Assembly (NCBI GenBank): GCA_965199495.1
Contig: CBDASK010000003.1
Location: 2,752,001-2,816,000, forward strand
DNA from: Abditibacterium sp.
GTDB taxonomy: Bacteria; Armatimonadota; Abditibacteriia; Abditibacteriales; Abditibacteriaceae
Length of the DNA: 64,000 nt
Reading direction: 5' to 3'
In this document: piece after piece, positions 1-7,806 of the stretch
How positions within the stretch are numbered: the stretch's first letter is position 1
Layout of the letters: each line of letters starts with the position of its first letter
Notes under the pieces: model-generated
The model's input: the letters and a program-made list of their open reading frames with translations, nothing else
Told to the model about the DNA's origin: nothing
The model's database searches: none
Program-made: the position numbers and the translations under genes

Positions 1-1373
1 GCGGCGTATTCGAGCGCGTGTTCCTTGAATTCGGGCAAACGATGCGTTTCCACGGTTAATCCGCACGCTCCGGCGTGGCCGCCGCCCGAAACAATCAATT
101 CGCGCGATTCTTCGAGCAACGCGTGCAAATCGAAATCGGCGCACGAGCGCCCCGACCCATGCGCGTGGCCGTTCTCGATATTGAGCGCGAACGCCGGGCG
201 ATGATACTTGTCCACCAACTTCGCCGCCAACAATCCAACCACGCCGCGCCGCCAGCCCTGACCCGCCGCGATCAATAAACGGTCGCTCGACAAATTCGCC
301 TCGCGCTCGACTAACTCGTGAGCTTCAATCAGCGCCGAATCGGTATCGGTGCGACGCTGTCCATTCAAAGCCTCGATTTGCGCGGCCAAATCGGCGCATT
401 CGGCTTCATCGTTGGACAATAACAAGCGCAGCGCTAACGTCGGCGAATCCAGACGGCCCGCCGCGTTGAGGCGCGGCGCCAATTTAAACGAGACATCACC
501 GCCGACATAAAACCCTTTGTCGCGAATATGGGCGCTTTCGATGAGCGCGCGCAACCCTTTTTTGCGCGTGCCGTAAAGTTGATGCAAGCCGCGCGCGACC
601 ATGTAACGGTTTTCGTCGTGGAGCGGCACGCAGTCGGCGATGGTCGAAAGCGCCACCAAATCCAAATAGCGCTCGCTAAATGAGTTGAGCGCGGCGGGCT
701 GATAACGCTTCAAAAGCGCGGTCATCACTTTATAAGCCACGCCGCAACCAGACAATCCGGTGAACTCGTATTTGGAGCCTTCGCACTTGGGGTTGACAAC
801 AGCCACGGCGTCGGGCAAGCCCGATTCGTCGGGTTCGTGATGGTCGGTGATAATCAGGTCAATGCCGACTTCGCGCGCGCGCCGCGCGGCGGGCGTGGCT
901 GTGATGCCGCAGTCGGCGGTCACGATTAAAGAAATTTTGCGCGCGACCGCTTCGTCAATCACTTCGACCGTGAGGCCATAACCTTCGTCGCGTTCGGGCA
1001 GGCGAAACGAAACCTGTGCGCCCAACTTTTGCAGACTGCGCACCAAAAGCGCCGTCGAAGTGATGCCGTCCACATCGTAGTCGCCGAAGATTAAAATATG
1101 CTCGCGGTCAACGATGCCTTTCCACAAACGGTCAATGGCTTTCTCGATGTCAGGCAAGTCGGCGGCGTCGCGCAAAAGTCCGGGATGGGGCGCGAAAAAC
1201 GCTTCGATGGCCTGCGCGCTGCTATGACCGCGCGCGCGCAAAATGGCGGCGCTGACGGGCGAAATGTTCATGCGCGCCGCCATGCGACGGTCGCAAGCCT
1301 CGACCTGAGTGAGGGCTTGCCAGCGCGCCGAAGGCGGGGCAACGGGTGGAGCGGGGGAGGGAAAAGCAGCCAT
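1..1373 (-). CDS. recJ: Single-stranded-DNA exonuclease RecJ (3' end runs off the window)
   Basis: My manual translation of the minus strand from ATG 1373 gives DHH-family motifs IFGDYDVDG, TADCG, ITDHH, LSTIAD, APRLNAAGR, GSGRS and GGGH. Not in the supplied ORF track because it is open at the window edge. Confidence 0.93.
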   Translation of the reverse strand, partial: MAAFPSPAPPVAPPSARWQALTQVEACDRRMAARMNISPVSAAILRARGHSSAQAIEAFFAPHPGLLRDAADLPDIEKAIDRLWKGIVDREHILIFGDYDVDGITSTALLVRSLQKLGAQVSFRLPERDEGYGLTVEVIDEAVARKISLIVTADCGITATPAARRAREVGIDLIITDHHEPDESGLPDAVAVVNPKCEGSKYEFTGLSGCGVAYKVMTALLKRYQPAALNSFSERYLDLVALSTIADCVPLHDENRYMVARGLHQLYGTRKKGLRALIESAHIRDKGFYVGGDVSFKLAPRLNAAGRLDSPTLALRLLLSNDEAECADLAAQIEALNGQRRTDTDSALIEAHELVEREANLSSDRLLIAAGQGWRRGVVGLLAAKLVDKYHRPAFALNIENGHAHGSGRSCADFDLHALLEESRELIVSGGGHAGACGLTVETHRLPEFKEHALEYA

Positions 1374-1516
1374 GATGATTTTTAAATTTGTAAGATAAAG
1401 GTTACCAGATGCCGCCCGGTGGCTCCTTTGAACTCGCTCAAAAATCGAGGGAATCCCCCATTTTGTCCCTCATAATTTCGTCGCCAGTCGCAAATCGGGA
1501 AAACTCTCTCGCACCT

Positions 1517-2086
1517 ATGTCGCAATCTTCTTTAGCCGTTTCGCCCGTCATTAAAACCGAATTGGATAAAGGCGAGCGCGTGTTGTGGACGGGCCAACCC
1601 GACGCCGCGCGCCTGATGGAGCGCGCCTTGCCGGGCGCGGCGTTCGGCGTTTTTGGCCTGTCGTTTCTGCTGTTTTGGATGTGGGGCACGACCAACGAAT
1701 TGCGCCAAAAACTGAGCGCGGGCCTCACGCCCGATTTGCTTAATATTTTCTTTGCCGCGCTCGGACTCGTGGGCATCGGCTTGACGCTAATTCTAATTAT
1801 TTGGCCTTTTTTAGAACATAATCGCGCGCCCCACACTTTTTATGCGCTCACCAACCGTCGCGCCCTAATCATCGTCGAAGGCGTGGTTGAGAATCGCGTG
1901 CAAACCGTGAAGCCCGCCGAATTTGCCCTCGAACGCCGCGACAAAACCGATGGACGCGGCGATCTGATTCTTAAACGCGAAGTGAACAGTCAACCCGGCA
2001 GACGCTACGCCGACACCGAAATCGGATTTTTCGGCATCGAGAACGTTGCGCACGTCGAAAATTTGGCGCGCAAAATTAAAGCGTAA
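1517..2086 (+). CDS. Hypothetical membrane protein (two TM helices, bacterial PH-like C-terminus)
   Basis: ELDKGERVLWTGQP N-terminus, two hydrophobic segments, then YALTNRRAL and GDL...GF motifs typical of PH-like membrane proteins. Start set at MSQSS. Confidence 0.6.
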   Translation: MSQSSLAVSPVIKTELDKGERVLWTGQPDAARLMERALPGAAFGVFGLSFLLFWMWGTTNELRQKLSAGLTPDLLNIFFAALGLVGIGLTLILIIWPFLEHNRAPHTFYALTNRRALIIVEGVVENRVQTVKPAEFALERRDKTDGRGDLILKREVNSQPGRRYADTEIGFFGIENVAHVENLARKIKA

Positions 2087-2097
2087 ATTAAGCGATA

Positions 2098-2222
2098 GCT
2101 TGAGATTTTTTTACCACAAAAACACAAAATGTTGGAAGAACAACGCTTAATTTAAAGCAATCTCTTCGCTCTCTTTTGTGCTTTTTGTGAATTCTATGTT
2201 TTGTGGTAAAAAAATCTCAAGC
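2098..2222. repeat. Long intergenic palindrome; degenerate AT-rich relative of the CCACAGAG family
   Basis: GCTTGAGATTTTTTTACCACAAAA ... TTTTGTGGTAAAAAAATCTCAAGC, lying between convergent genes. Confidence 0.75.
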
Positions 2223-2252
2223 ACTCCCTTTGAAAATAGCGCGGCTATAAAT

Positions 2253-3053
2253 TTAGCTCAAGCCCATTTTCGCCAGATAATCGTAACTTGATTTGAGACA
2301 ATCGAAACCGTCGCGATAGCATTTGTCCTGCTCGATGGCAATCCATTCGACGCCCGATTGCAGGCACGCCGGAATCAGGTGCGCCCAGTCCATGTTGCCC
2401 TCGCCAATCGGCGCCATAATCGGCTCTTGACCGTCCATTTCTTTGTCCTTAATGTGAATCACCGGCATTCGGCCTTTGCATCTTTCAACGATGCGCTGCG
2501 GGTTGGCGCCGCCGTGCGCCAGCCAATACAAATCGAGTTCGAGCAGCATATCCGGGTTGCCGCAATCGATAATCAAATCGAGTAGGGTGCGCGGCTGGCC
2601 ATTTTGGTAATCCACGCGTTCCAACTCGAAGGCGTGATTGTGATAGCCAAAGCGCACGCCGCCCGCCTTGAGTTTGGCGATGACCGGCGCGGCATCGTCG
2701 CAAAAACGGCGATAACCATCGGCGCCCGCTTCCTTATATGCTGGCGGAATGCCGCCGATGGCGGTGAAGTCGCAGCCCAACGTTTGGTGAAATTCGATTT
2801 CTTTGTCGGTATCGTCGCGCAACTGCTCCCAACTGCGGTGGGTGGCGATGCACTTCAAGCCGTTATCATCGAGAATTTGTTTGGCCTGATTCGCATCAAG
2901 TTCGGGATTCTCGCCGTTCATGGCGCCGACCGCCGAAAGTTGCACGGCGGTGTAACCCATCTGGGCGATGCGCTCCATGCTAATTGTGAAGTCGGCGGCG
3001 GTCTTGAGGTGATCGCGCAAGGTGTAAAGTTGGACAGCTAAATGATTGGCCAT
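2253..3053 (-). CDS. Sugar phosphate isomerase/epimerase (AP-endonuclease-2 TIM barrel)
   Basis: AVQLYTLRD, GYHNHAFE, ELDLYW, HIKD, IGEGNMDW and IEQD motifs. Start MANHL; the longer predicted N-terminus runs through a palindrome. Confidence 0.85.
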   Translation of the reverse strand: MANHLAVQLYTLRDHLKTAADFTISMERIAQMGYTAVQLSAVGAMNGENPELDANQAKQILDDNGLKCIATHRSWEQLRDDTDKEIEFHQTLGCDFTAIGGIPPAYKEAGADGYRRFCDDAAPVIAKLKAGGVRFGYHNHAFELERVDYQNGQPRTLLDLIIDCGNPDMLLELDLYWLAHGGANPQRIVERCKGRMPVIHIKDKEMDGQEPIMAPIGEGNMDWAHLIPACLQSGVEWIAIEQDKCYRDGFDCLKSSYDYLAKMGLS

Positions 3054-3082
3054 AGAGCCATATATTTTAGCGCGTCTCGATG

Positions 3083-3245
3083 AATAAGCCACAGAGTTCG
3101 CAGAGAACGCACAGAGGGGCACAGAAAAGCCCGAAGAAAATAAAAGAAGCAGAGAAGAGATATTTTGTATTTTTCTTTTACGCTCTATTTTCTTTGGGCT
3201 TTTCTGTGCCCCTCTGTGCGTTCTCTGCGAACTCTGTGGCTTATT
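3083..3245. repeat. REP/MITE-like palindrome, family A (TAGCCACAGAGTTC.CAGAGAAC.CACAGA...)
   Basis: About 55-bp near-perfect inverted arms. Related copies at 43137, 52376 and 53435. Confidence 0.9.
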
Positions 3246-3293
3246 TTTGGAAGTGAAGCCCCATTGCACACGCGATTGTTATGCTATTACGCG

Positions 3294-4292
3294 ATGCACC
3301 AAATCGAGCGTCTTATCGAAATAGATCGTCGCGTCCGCGCCGGACTGAAGCCACGCGCGGACGAGTTGGCCGACGAGTTCGAGGTATCGCGGCGCCAAAT
3401 CTATCTCGACCGCCGCAAACTCATCGAAATGGGCGCACCCCTAACGCGCGATGTTGCCGGTGGCTGGGTGTATAGCGAGCCAAACTGGATTTTGCCGTCG
3501 CAGTTTTTGCGCGAGGGCGAATTGCTGGCGTTCTTTTTGTCGGTCGAAATCGCGCGCAGCCAGGGCAACGCCGGATTGCAAACTCAATTGCAAAACGCCG
3601 CCAGCAAAATCGCTAAAAGTCTGGGCGACATTATTTCGGTGGATTTAAACGCGTTGCGCAATTCGACGAGCTATTCTTTATCGCCCGCCGCCAGCGTTGA
3701 CGCCGAATTGCACGCGCACATCTGTCGCGCCATCGCCGGGCGCCGCAAGCTGCGCATGAGCTATTTCACCGCGTCGAGCGGGCGCCAGAGCGAGCGCATT
3801 ATTCATCCGTATCATCTGTATATGGCGCGCGGCGAGTGGATTTTGATCGCCCACGACCAGAGCAAAACCGCCGATGACGCGCCGATTCGCTGTTTCAACA
3901 TCGCGCGCATTTCGGGTTTGCAAGAACTCGTCGGGCGCGACGCAAACTTCCAAATCGCGCCCGATTTCGACGCCAAAACCTACATCCGCGAGATGTTCAC
4001 CGCCGAGCGCGGCGACGAACTGCACGCCGTCGCCATCTGGTTCGACGCGCCCCAAGCCCGCTATATCCGCGAGCGCGTCTGGCACGAAAACCAGACCATC
4101 GAAGAACATTCCGACGAAAGCCTGACGCTGCATTTTCGCGCGAGCGGCCTGAACGAAGTCGCGCGCTGGACGCTGAGTTATGGCCGTCACGCCCGCGTGG
4201 TTTCGCCGCCGCAACTGCGCGCCATCGTCGCCGATCACGCCCGCGAGTTGGCCGCGATTTACGCCGATGTCACGCCGCAAGAACAGTTATAA
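3294..4292 (+). CDS. WYL-domain transcriptional regulator (HTH-WYL-WCX), CRISPR-associated
   Basis: HTH LADEFEVSRRQIYLD, WYL region RIIHPYHL...WILIAHD...FNIARI, and WCX region RERVWHENQ...WTLSYG. Lies directly upstream of cas6. Confidence 0.92.
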   Translation: MHQIERLIEIDRRVRAGLKPRADELADEFEVSRRQIYLDRRKLIEMGAPLTRDVAGGWVYSEPNWILPSQFLREGELLAFFLSVEIARSQGNAGLQTQLQNAASKIAKSLGDIISVDLNALRNSTSYSLSPAASVDAELHAHICRAIAGRRKLRMSYFTASSGRQSERIIHPYHLYMARGEWILIAHDQSKTADDAPIRCFNIARISGLQELVGRDANFQIAPDFDAKTYIREMFTAERGDELHAVAIWFDAPQARYIRERVWHENQTIEEHSDESLTLHFRASGLNEVARWTLSYGRHARVVSPPQLRAIVADHARELAAIYADVTPQEQL

Positions 4293-4302
4293 TTTTTCAC
4301 CT

Positions 4303-5049
4303 ATGCGACTTCATTTTCAACTTTCGCCCAATCTCCAGTCGGTGGATTTCAACTACCATCATTTTTTGGCGGGCGCCGTCCACCGGTGGCTCGGCCCCGA
4401 CAACGCTTATCACGACGGCCTGAGTTTGTATAGCGTGGGCAACTTGCAGGGCGGTTTCGCCGTTCGCGGCCACGCTACAAGCAGCCACGGCCAAGGTCAC
4501 GGCGGCGCCTTGAGCTTCCGTAGCGGCGCGCGCTGGCACATTTCGGCGCCCGATACCGATGGCGGCACCGAGTTTCTGGCCCAAATCGCCAACGCCGCGC
4601 TGCAAAATCCGAGCGTGTGTTGCGGCATGGAAGTCGTCGAAATTTCGAGCGAGAACACGCCCGAATTCGGCGCCAAACGCGTGTTTCGCGCGCAAAGCCC
4701 GATCTTCATCCGGGGTGACAAAGACGGCGAACTCGACCCGCACATCCTCTTCGACAACCCGCAGGCGAGCGCCTATCTGACCCAAACGCTGCGCCACAAA
4801 CTCGACAAAGCCGGATTAAACCATCTCAGCGAAAGCGTGACTGTGCGCTTCGATTTGAGTTATCCGTCGCCCAAAACGCGCTTAATCCGCATTAAAGAGG
4901 GTTTCGACCAAAACGGCAACCGCAAAGATTTCTGCAAACGCGCCAGCGTGTGCCCGGTAATTATTGAGGGCGACGCGGAAGCCGTGCGTTTCGCCTGGAA
5001 CGTCGGCGCGGGCAATCTCACCGGCATGGGTTTCGGGAGTCTGGTTTAA
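4303..5049 (+). CDS. cas6: CRISPR endoribonuclease Cas6
   Basis: C-terminal G-rich loop AWNVGAGNLTGMGFGSL, plus HRWLG..N..HDGLSLYS motif and cas context. Confidence 0.92.
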   Translation: MRLHFQLSPNLQSVDFNYHHFLAGAVHRWLGPDNAYHDGLSLYSVGNLQGGFAVRGHATSSHGQGHGGALSFRSGARWHISAPDTDGGTEFLAQIANAALQNPSVCCGMEVVEISSENTPEFGAKRVFRAQSPIFIRGDKDGELDPHILFDNPQASAYLTQTLRHKLDKAGLNHLSESVTVRFDLSYPSPKTRLIRIKEGFDQNGNRKDFCKRASVCPVIIEGDAEAVRFAWNVGAGNLTGMGFGSLV

Positions 5050-5073
5050 TGGAACTTCTCAAAGAACGTAAAG

Positions 5074-5170
5074 GTTCCTGCGGCCCGAAGACTCGCGCCA
5101 CGACCTGCCGTATTGAAGAGTTCCTACAGGGACGGTCTTCGCGACTGGATATGGGTAGGGCCGCAGGTCA
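5074..5170 (-). ncRNA. Putative DUF3800-associated structured RNA, unit 2
   Basis: 10-bp closing stem CCTGCGGCCC(5077-5086)/GGGCCGCAGG(5158-5167) and inner GAAGAC/GTCTTC pairing. Flanks are shared with the unit at 5248-5356. Confidence 0.55.
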
Positions 5171-5247
5171 ATTTTTTCCCTTCTTTAGCTCGAAGTCCAG
5201 TCAAGCGGAACTTTCGACGGTTGCGCGGCATCTTAAACAGCGTAATT

Positions 5248-5356
5248 GTTCCTGCGATCCGAATCTCCGCTCCGGCAGTAGCCGGGCTGACGATACGTTG
5301 CCTCTCGGCGTATGCTGCTTGTCAACAGCCTTCAGTCGCGATAGGATCGCAGGTCA
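5248..5356 (-). ncRNA. Putative DUF3800-associated structured RNA, unit 1
   Basis: Closing stem CCTGCGATCC(5251-5260)/GGATCGCAGG(5344-5353), compensatory relative to unit 2. Starts about 20 nt after the DUF3800-like stop on the minus strand. Confidence 0.55.
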
Positions 5357-5375
5357 CCCTCTATTCGCTTCGTTT

Positions 5376-5711
5376 TCAGCGAGTGACGATCAAATTATTT
5401 GTGTCGCTCGCCATCTCCTTCAAAAACTGGCGCAATGCCGAAATTTTGATTTTCCCCATCGTCTGCCTTCGCAACGTGTAGGCCATAATATCGGCCAACT
5501 GAATCATATTACTGGTCTGAGATTCTCTAACTCGCGCATTGAAGCGGCTTCCAGGATGAATTTCTCGGTGACACCGCTTCAATGCGGTTTCAAACGCCTG
5601 TTGCGCGCTCTTGCCTTCATTTTCGGTGTCGCACCACAAATCTCGCACAGGAGCAGGTTCTTGGAGTCTGGTATGAGGAATTACTTTTTTAAGGAACAGA
5701 AGGCGGTTTTT
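5376..5711 (-). pseudogene. 5'-truncated DUF3800-like gene (C-terminal half)
   Basis: VRESQTSNMIQLADIMAYTLRR resembles the DUF3800 C-terminal 'DS...IQLAD' motif. There is an in-frame stop at 5714-5712 upstream and I found no N-terminal DESG motif. Confidence 0.6.
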
Positions 5712-5741
5712 TCATCAACAGGAAAAACAAGCGTTGCGACC

Positions 5742-5787
5742 TTGACAAGCATAACGCGACATCCTAAGATTATCTCCGAAGGAGGAG
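5742..5787 (+). promoter_or_regulatory. Sigma70-type promoter and strong Shine-Dalgarno
   Basis: TTGACA (5742-5747), 17-nt spacer, TAAGAT (5765-5770). GGAGGAG at 5781-5787 lies 8 nt before ATG 5796. Confidence 0.8.
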
Positions 5788-5795
5788 AATATCCA

Positions 5796-5978
5796 ATGAA
5801 TATGCGTTTGGAAATCGAGACGCAAGTTCTGATTTTTGCGCTCTTGGGATTGGTTGCAGTCATCGTTGCGGTTCTGTTTTTTCAGTCCAATGCCACACGG
5901 CTCCAAACAGTAGCCAAAAGTGGTCAGCAACAAATCTCGATAGATGTAGAACGGCCCATAACCAACAATACCAAATGA
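5796..5978 (+). CDS. 60-aa single-pass membrane protein; candidate CRISPR-repressed toxin
   Basis: MNMRLEIETQVLIFALLGLVAVIVAVLFFQSN...; has its own promoter and SD, and its start region matches the adjacent mini-spacer. Confidence 0.7.
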   Translation: MNMRLEIETQVLIFALLGLVAVIVAVLFFQSNATRLQTVAKSGQQQISIDVERPITNNTK

Positions 5979-6020
5979 TCAAAACACTGCATTTTTCTGT
6001 GATTGGGTTGCTTGCAACTC

Positions 6021-6120
6021 GTTTAATCGAACCTTTGAGGTATTGAAATATGAAAATGCGGTTGATGAGAAGATCGGGAAGATATTCGATGTTTTCCCGG
6101 CTTCGATTCTTAATTAAAGC
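6021..6120 (+). CRISPR. Solitary diverged repeat plus spacer (crRNA-like regulatory RNA, CreA/CreR-like)
   Basis: GTTTAATCGAACCTTTGAGGTATTGAAAT (6021-6049) keeps the GTTT(T)AATCG start and ATTGAAAT handle of the array repeat. The spacer from 6050 matches 5796-5810. A hairpin follows at 6075-6099, and 6091-6120 may be a very degenerate second repeat. Confidence 0.8.
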
Positions 6121-6150
6121 CTCTATTTTCAGCAGAGAAATCTTCGTGCT

Positions 6151-7806
6151 ATGAACTCATTTAACCTCACCGGCCATTACATTCTTGATGCCTCACTCGC
6201 GGCCTCTGCCGCGTTGCTTGAAGACTACGACAAACGCAGCATCGAAACTCCGCAGCAAATGAGCGGAGCAGATATTCTGCGCGCGTTAGAGCTGGCGGAG
6301 CAACATTTTTACTCCCGTCAAATCTCGAAAGAAAATGATGGCGATTTGCGACCGCTTTTCTACTTCTTGTTACAAGAAATTTTGCCCGGCTCACCTTGGG
6401 ATCAAGTCAAGAGTGGTGCTGTTTCCGAAGGGATGCAACGTAAATTCGCCGAATACATCGCAGAAGCGAAGAGCGCGTTGCTTCAACCTGCTATCGGCAA
6501 ATGTTACCTTTCAGGCCAAGAAGGGCACTTGCTCGTTTCCAAGTCAAATCTACCGATGTTGGCTTCGTCAGGGGAACGCCCAAACTGCTTTCCCAACTTG
6601 AGCGATGGTTTGACCATCAACGGGTATTTGGCGCTGGCCGTTTTGCTCTCTCCGCTCGGCATCGAAAAGACGCTTAACGACAAAGGAAAGGGCGGGCAGA
6701 ACTTGGTGTATCATGCGACGGATTGGCGCTTTATGGTCTCCATTGCAAAGTCGAATATTGATCGCATTCGCCGCTTGTTGGCTTCCAATTCCATTGAGGC
6801 GTTCCGCGCTCGTCATTATCCGAAGTTTCGGCGTGGCTCGTGGAAGAAAGGGCTGCAAACCCTGATGCACGCGACGCAAAACATTCCTGCTGATGCACGT
6901 CCGCAAGTCGTCATCTGGAGCTTCAACGCGTCCAACCAAACCTGTCGTTACGAGTGCCGCGAAACTTCCGACGCGTTTCTCATCATCGCTGCGCAACGAC
7001 TTTTGCAGCCTGCGCTCTACCGCGAATTACTCGGAGTTTCCGATTATGTCGCCCGGCTCATTTTGCAGAGCCAACCGATCATTGGCGCGAGCTTGATGCG
7101 CGATAAGAAGCATCTCGAAATGCGTCCGGGCTGGCCCTTTCAACGATTCTACGCCGAAAAGGTGCTTTTCATGTCTCCAACTTTACTTAACTCCATCGAA
7201 GATGCGGCGCTGGCACTTAGCGCCGACAAAGAGGCGATTAACTATTGTCTTTACGAAGAGAAGCGCCCCAACGTCCGCGTTTTGGCAGATCGCTACAAAC
7301 TCGCGCCAGAAATTGTAGCGCGCTTTGCCAATGCGCCCTCGCAATGGCCGGATTATCTGCGTGCCGCGTTGCTATGGGCCGACAAAGGTAATGCTTTTGA
7401 GCCACGACAAAAAGTCGTGTTCCAGCCGCAAGAACTCGAAGTTAAGTTCAAGGAAATCGCGCCGCGTCTGGCCCACATCGGGTCTTATAAGCTCGCGGCG
7501 CGATTACTCAATCAATACAATCCGCGCGCCTACCGACAAGCATGGATTCGACTTATCTCGCGCAAAGCCGCGACATGGGACGACTTTTTATTCTTCAACC
7601 CCATAGAAGAAGCGTTTGGCAATGGCGACTACGCCCGCACTTCTACGCTTCGCCACTACCTCGTTGCGTATTTGTTGGCTTGCGTTCACCAACAACCCCC
7701 AAACGCGACGGCTTCCGAACCTAATGAAGCCGAAATCGAACGCGACGTGCAGCAAATCGAACGCGAAATTCCCATCGCATCTGAAAACGAAGAGGAACTC
7801 ACCTAA
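6151..7806 (+). CDS. cas8: Divergent type I-B large subunit (Cas8b1/Cst1-like)
   Basis: Sits before cas7. N-terminal LTGHYILD, KCYLSG and LPMLAS...NCFP pattern, and C-terminal LRHYLVAYL are as in the Cst1/Cas8b1 family. Confidence 0.75.
   Translation: MNSFNLTGHYILDASLAASAALLEDYDKRSIETPQQMSGADILRALELAEQHFYSRQISKENDGDLRPLFYFLLQEILPGSPWDQVKSGAVSEGMQRKFAEYIAEAKSALLQPAIGKCYLSGQEGHLLVSKSNLPMLASSGERPNCFPNLSDGLTINGYLALAVLLSPLGIEKTLNDKGKGGQNLVYHATDWRFMVSIAKSNIDRIRRLLASNSIEAFRARHYPKFRRGSWKKGLQTLMHATQNIPADARPQVVIWSFNASNQTCRYECRETSDAFLIIAAQRLLQPALYRELLGVSDYVARLILQSQPIIGASLMRDKKHLEMRPGWPFQRFYAEKVLFMSPTLLNSIEDAALALSADKEAINYCLYEEKRPNVRVLADRYKLAPEIVARFANAPSQWPDYLRAALLWADKGNAFEPRQKVVFQPQELEVKFKEIAPRLAHIGSYKLAARLLNQYNPRAYRQAWIRLISRKAATWDDFLFFNPIEEAFGNGDYARTSTLRHYLVAYLLACVHQQPPNATASEPNEAEIERDVQQIEREIPIASENEEELT

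Noticed and set aside
3253..3271. GTGAAGCCCCATTGCACAC as a WYL operator
   Set aside because: The symmetry is too weak to call without homologous promoters.
3054..3293. N-terminal extensions of the isomerase and WYL ORFs (similarly at 42293 and 52416)
   Set aside because: They are read-through of palindromic repeat elements, so downstream starts were used.
5700..5719. Alternative mini-spacer target on the minus strand (TTG-ATGAAAA)
   Set aside because: Only 7 nt match. The 5796-5810 site is much better and shows the 6/12 mismatch pattern.
5049..5978. 309-aa ORF spanning the cas6-cas8 gap
   Set aside because: The first 249 codons have no recognisable protein character and cross the RNA units and the antisense DUF3800 remnant. 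Only the last 60 codons have a promoter and SD.
5975..6046. 23-codon ORF MIKTLHFSV... overlapping the TM ORF stop
   Set aside because: Very short, no SD, and it runs through the solitary repeat. Cannot be supported.
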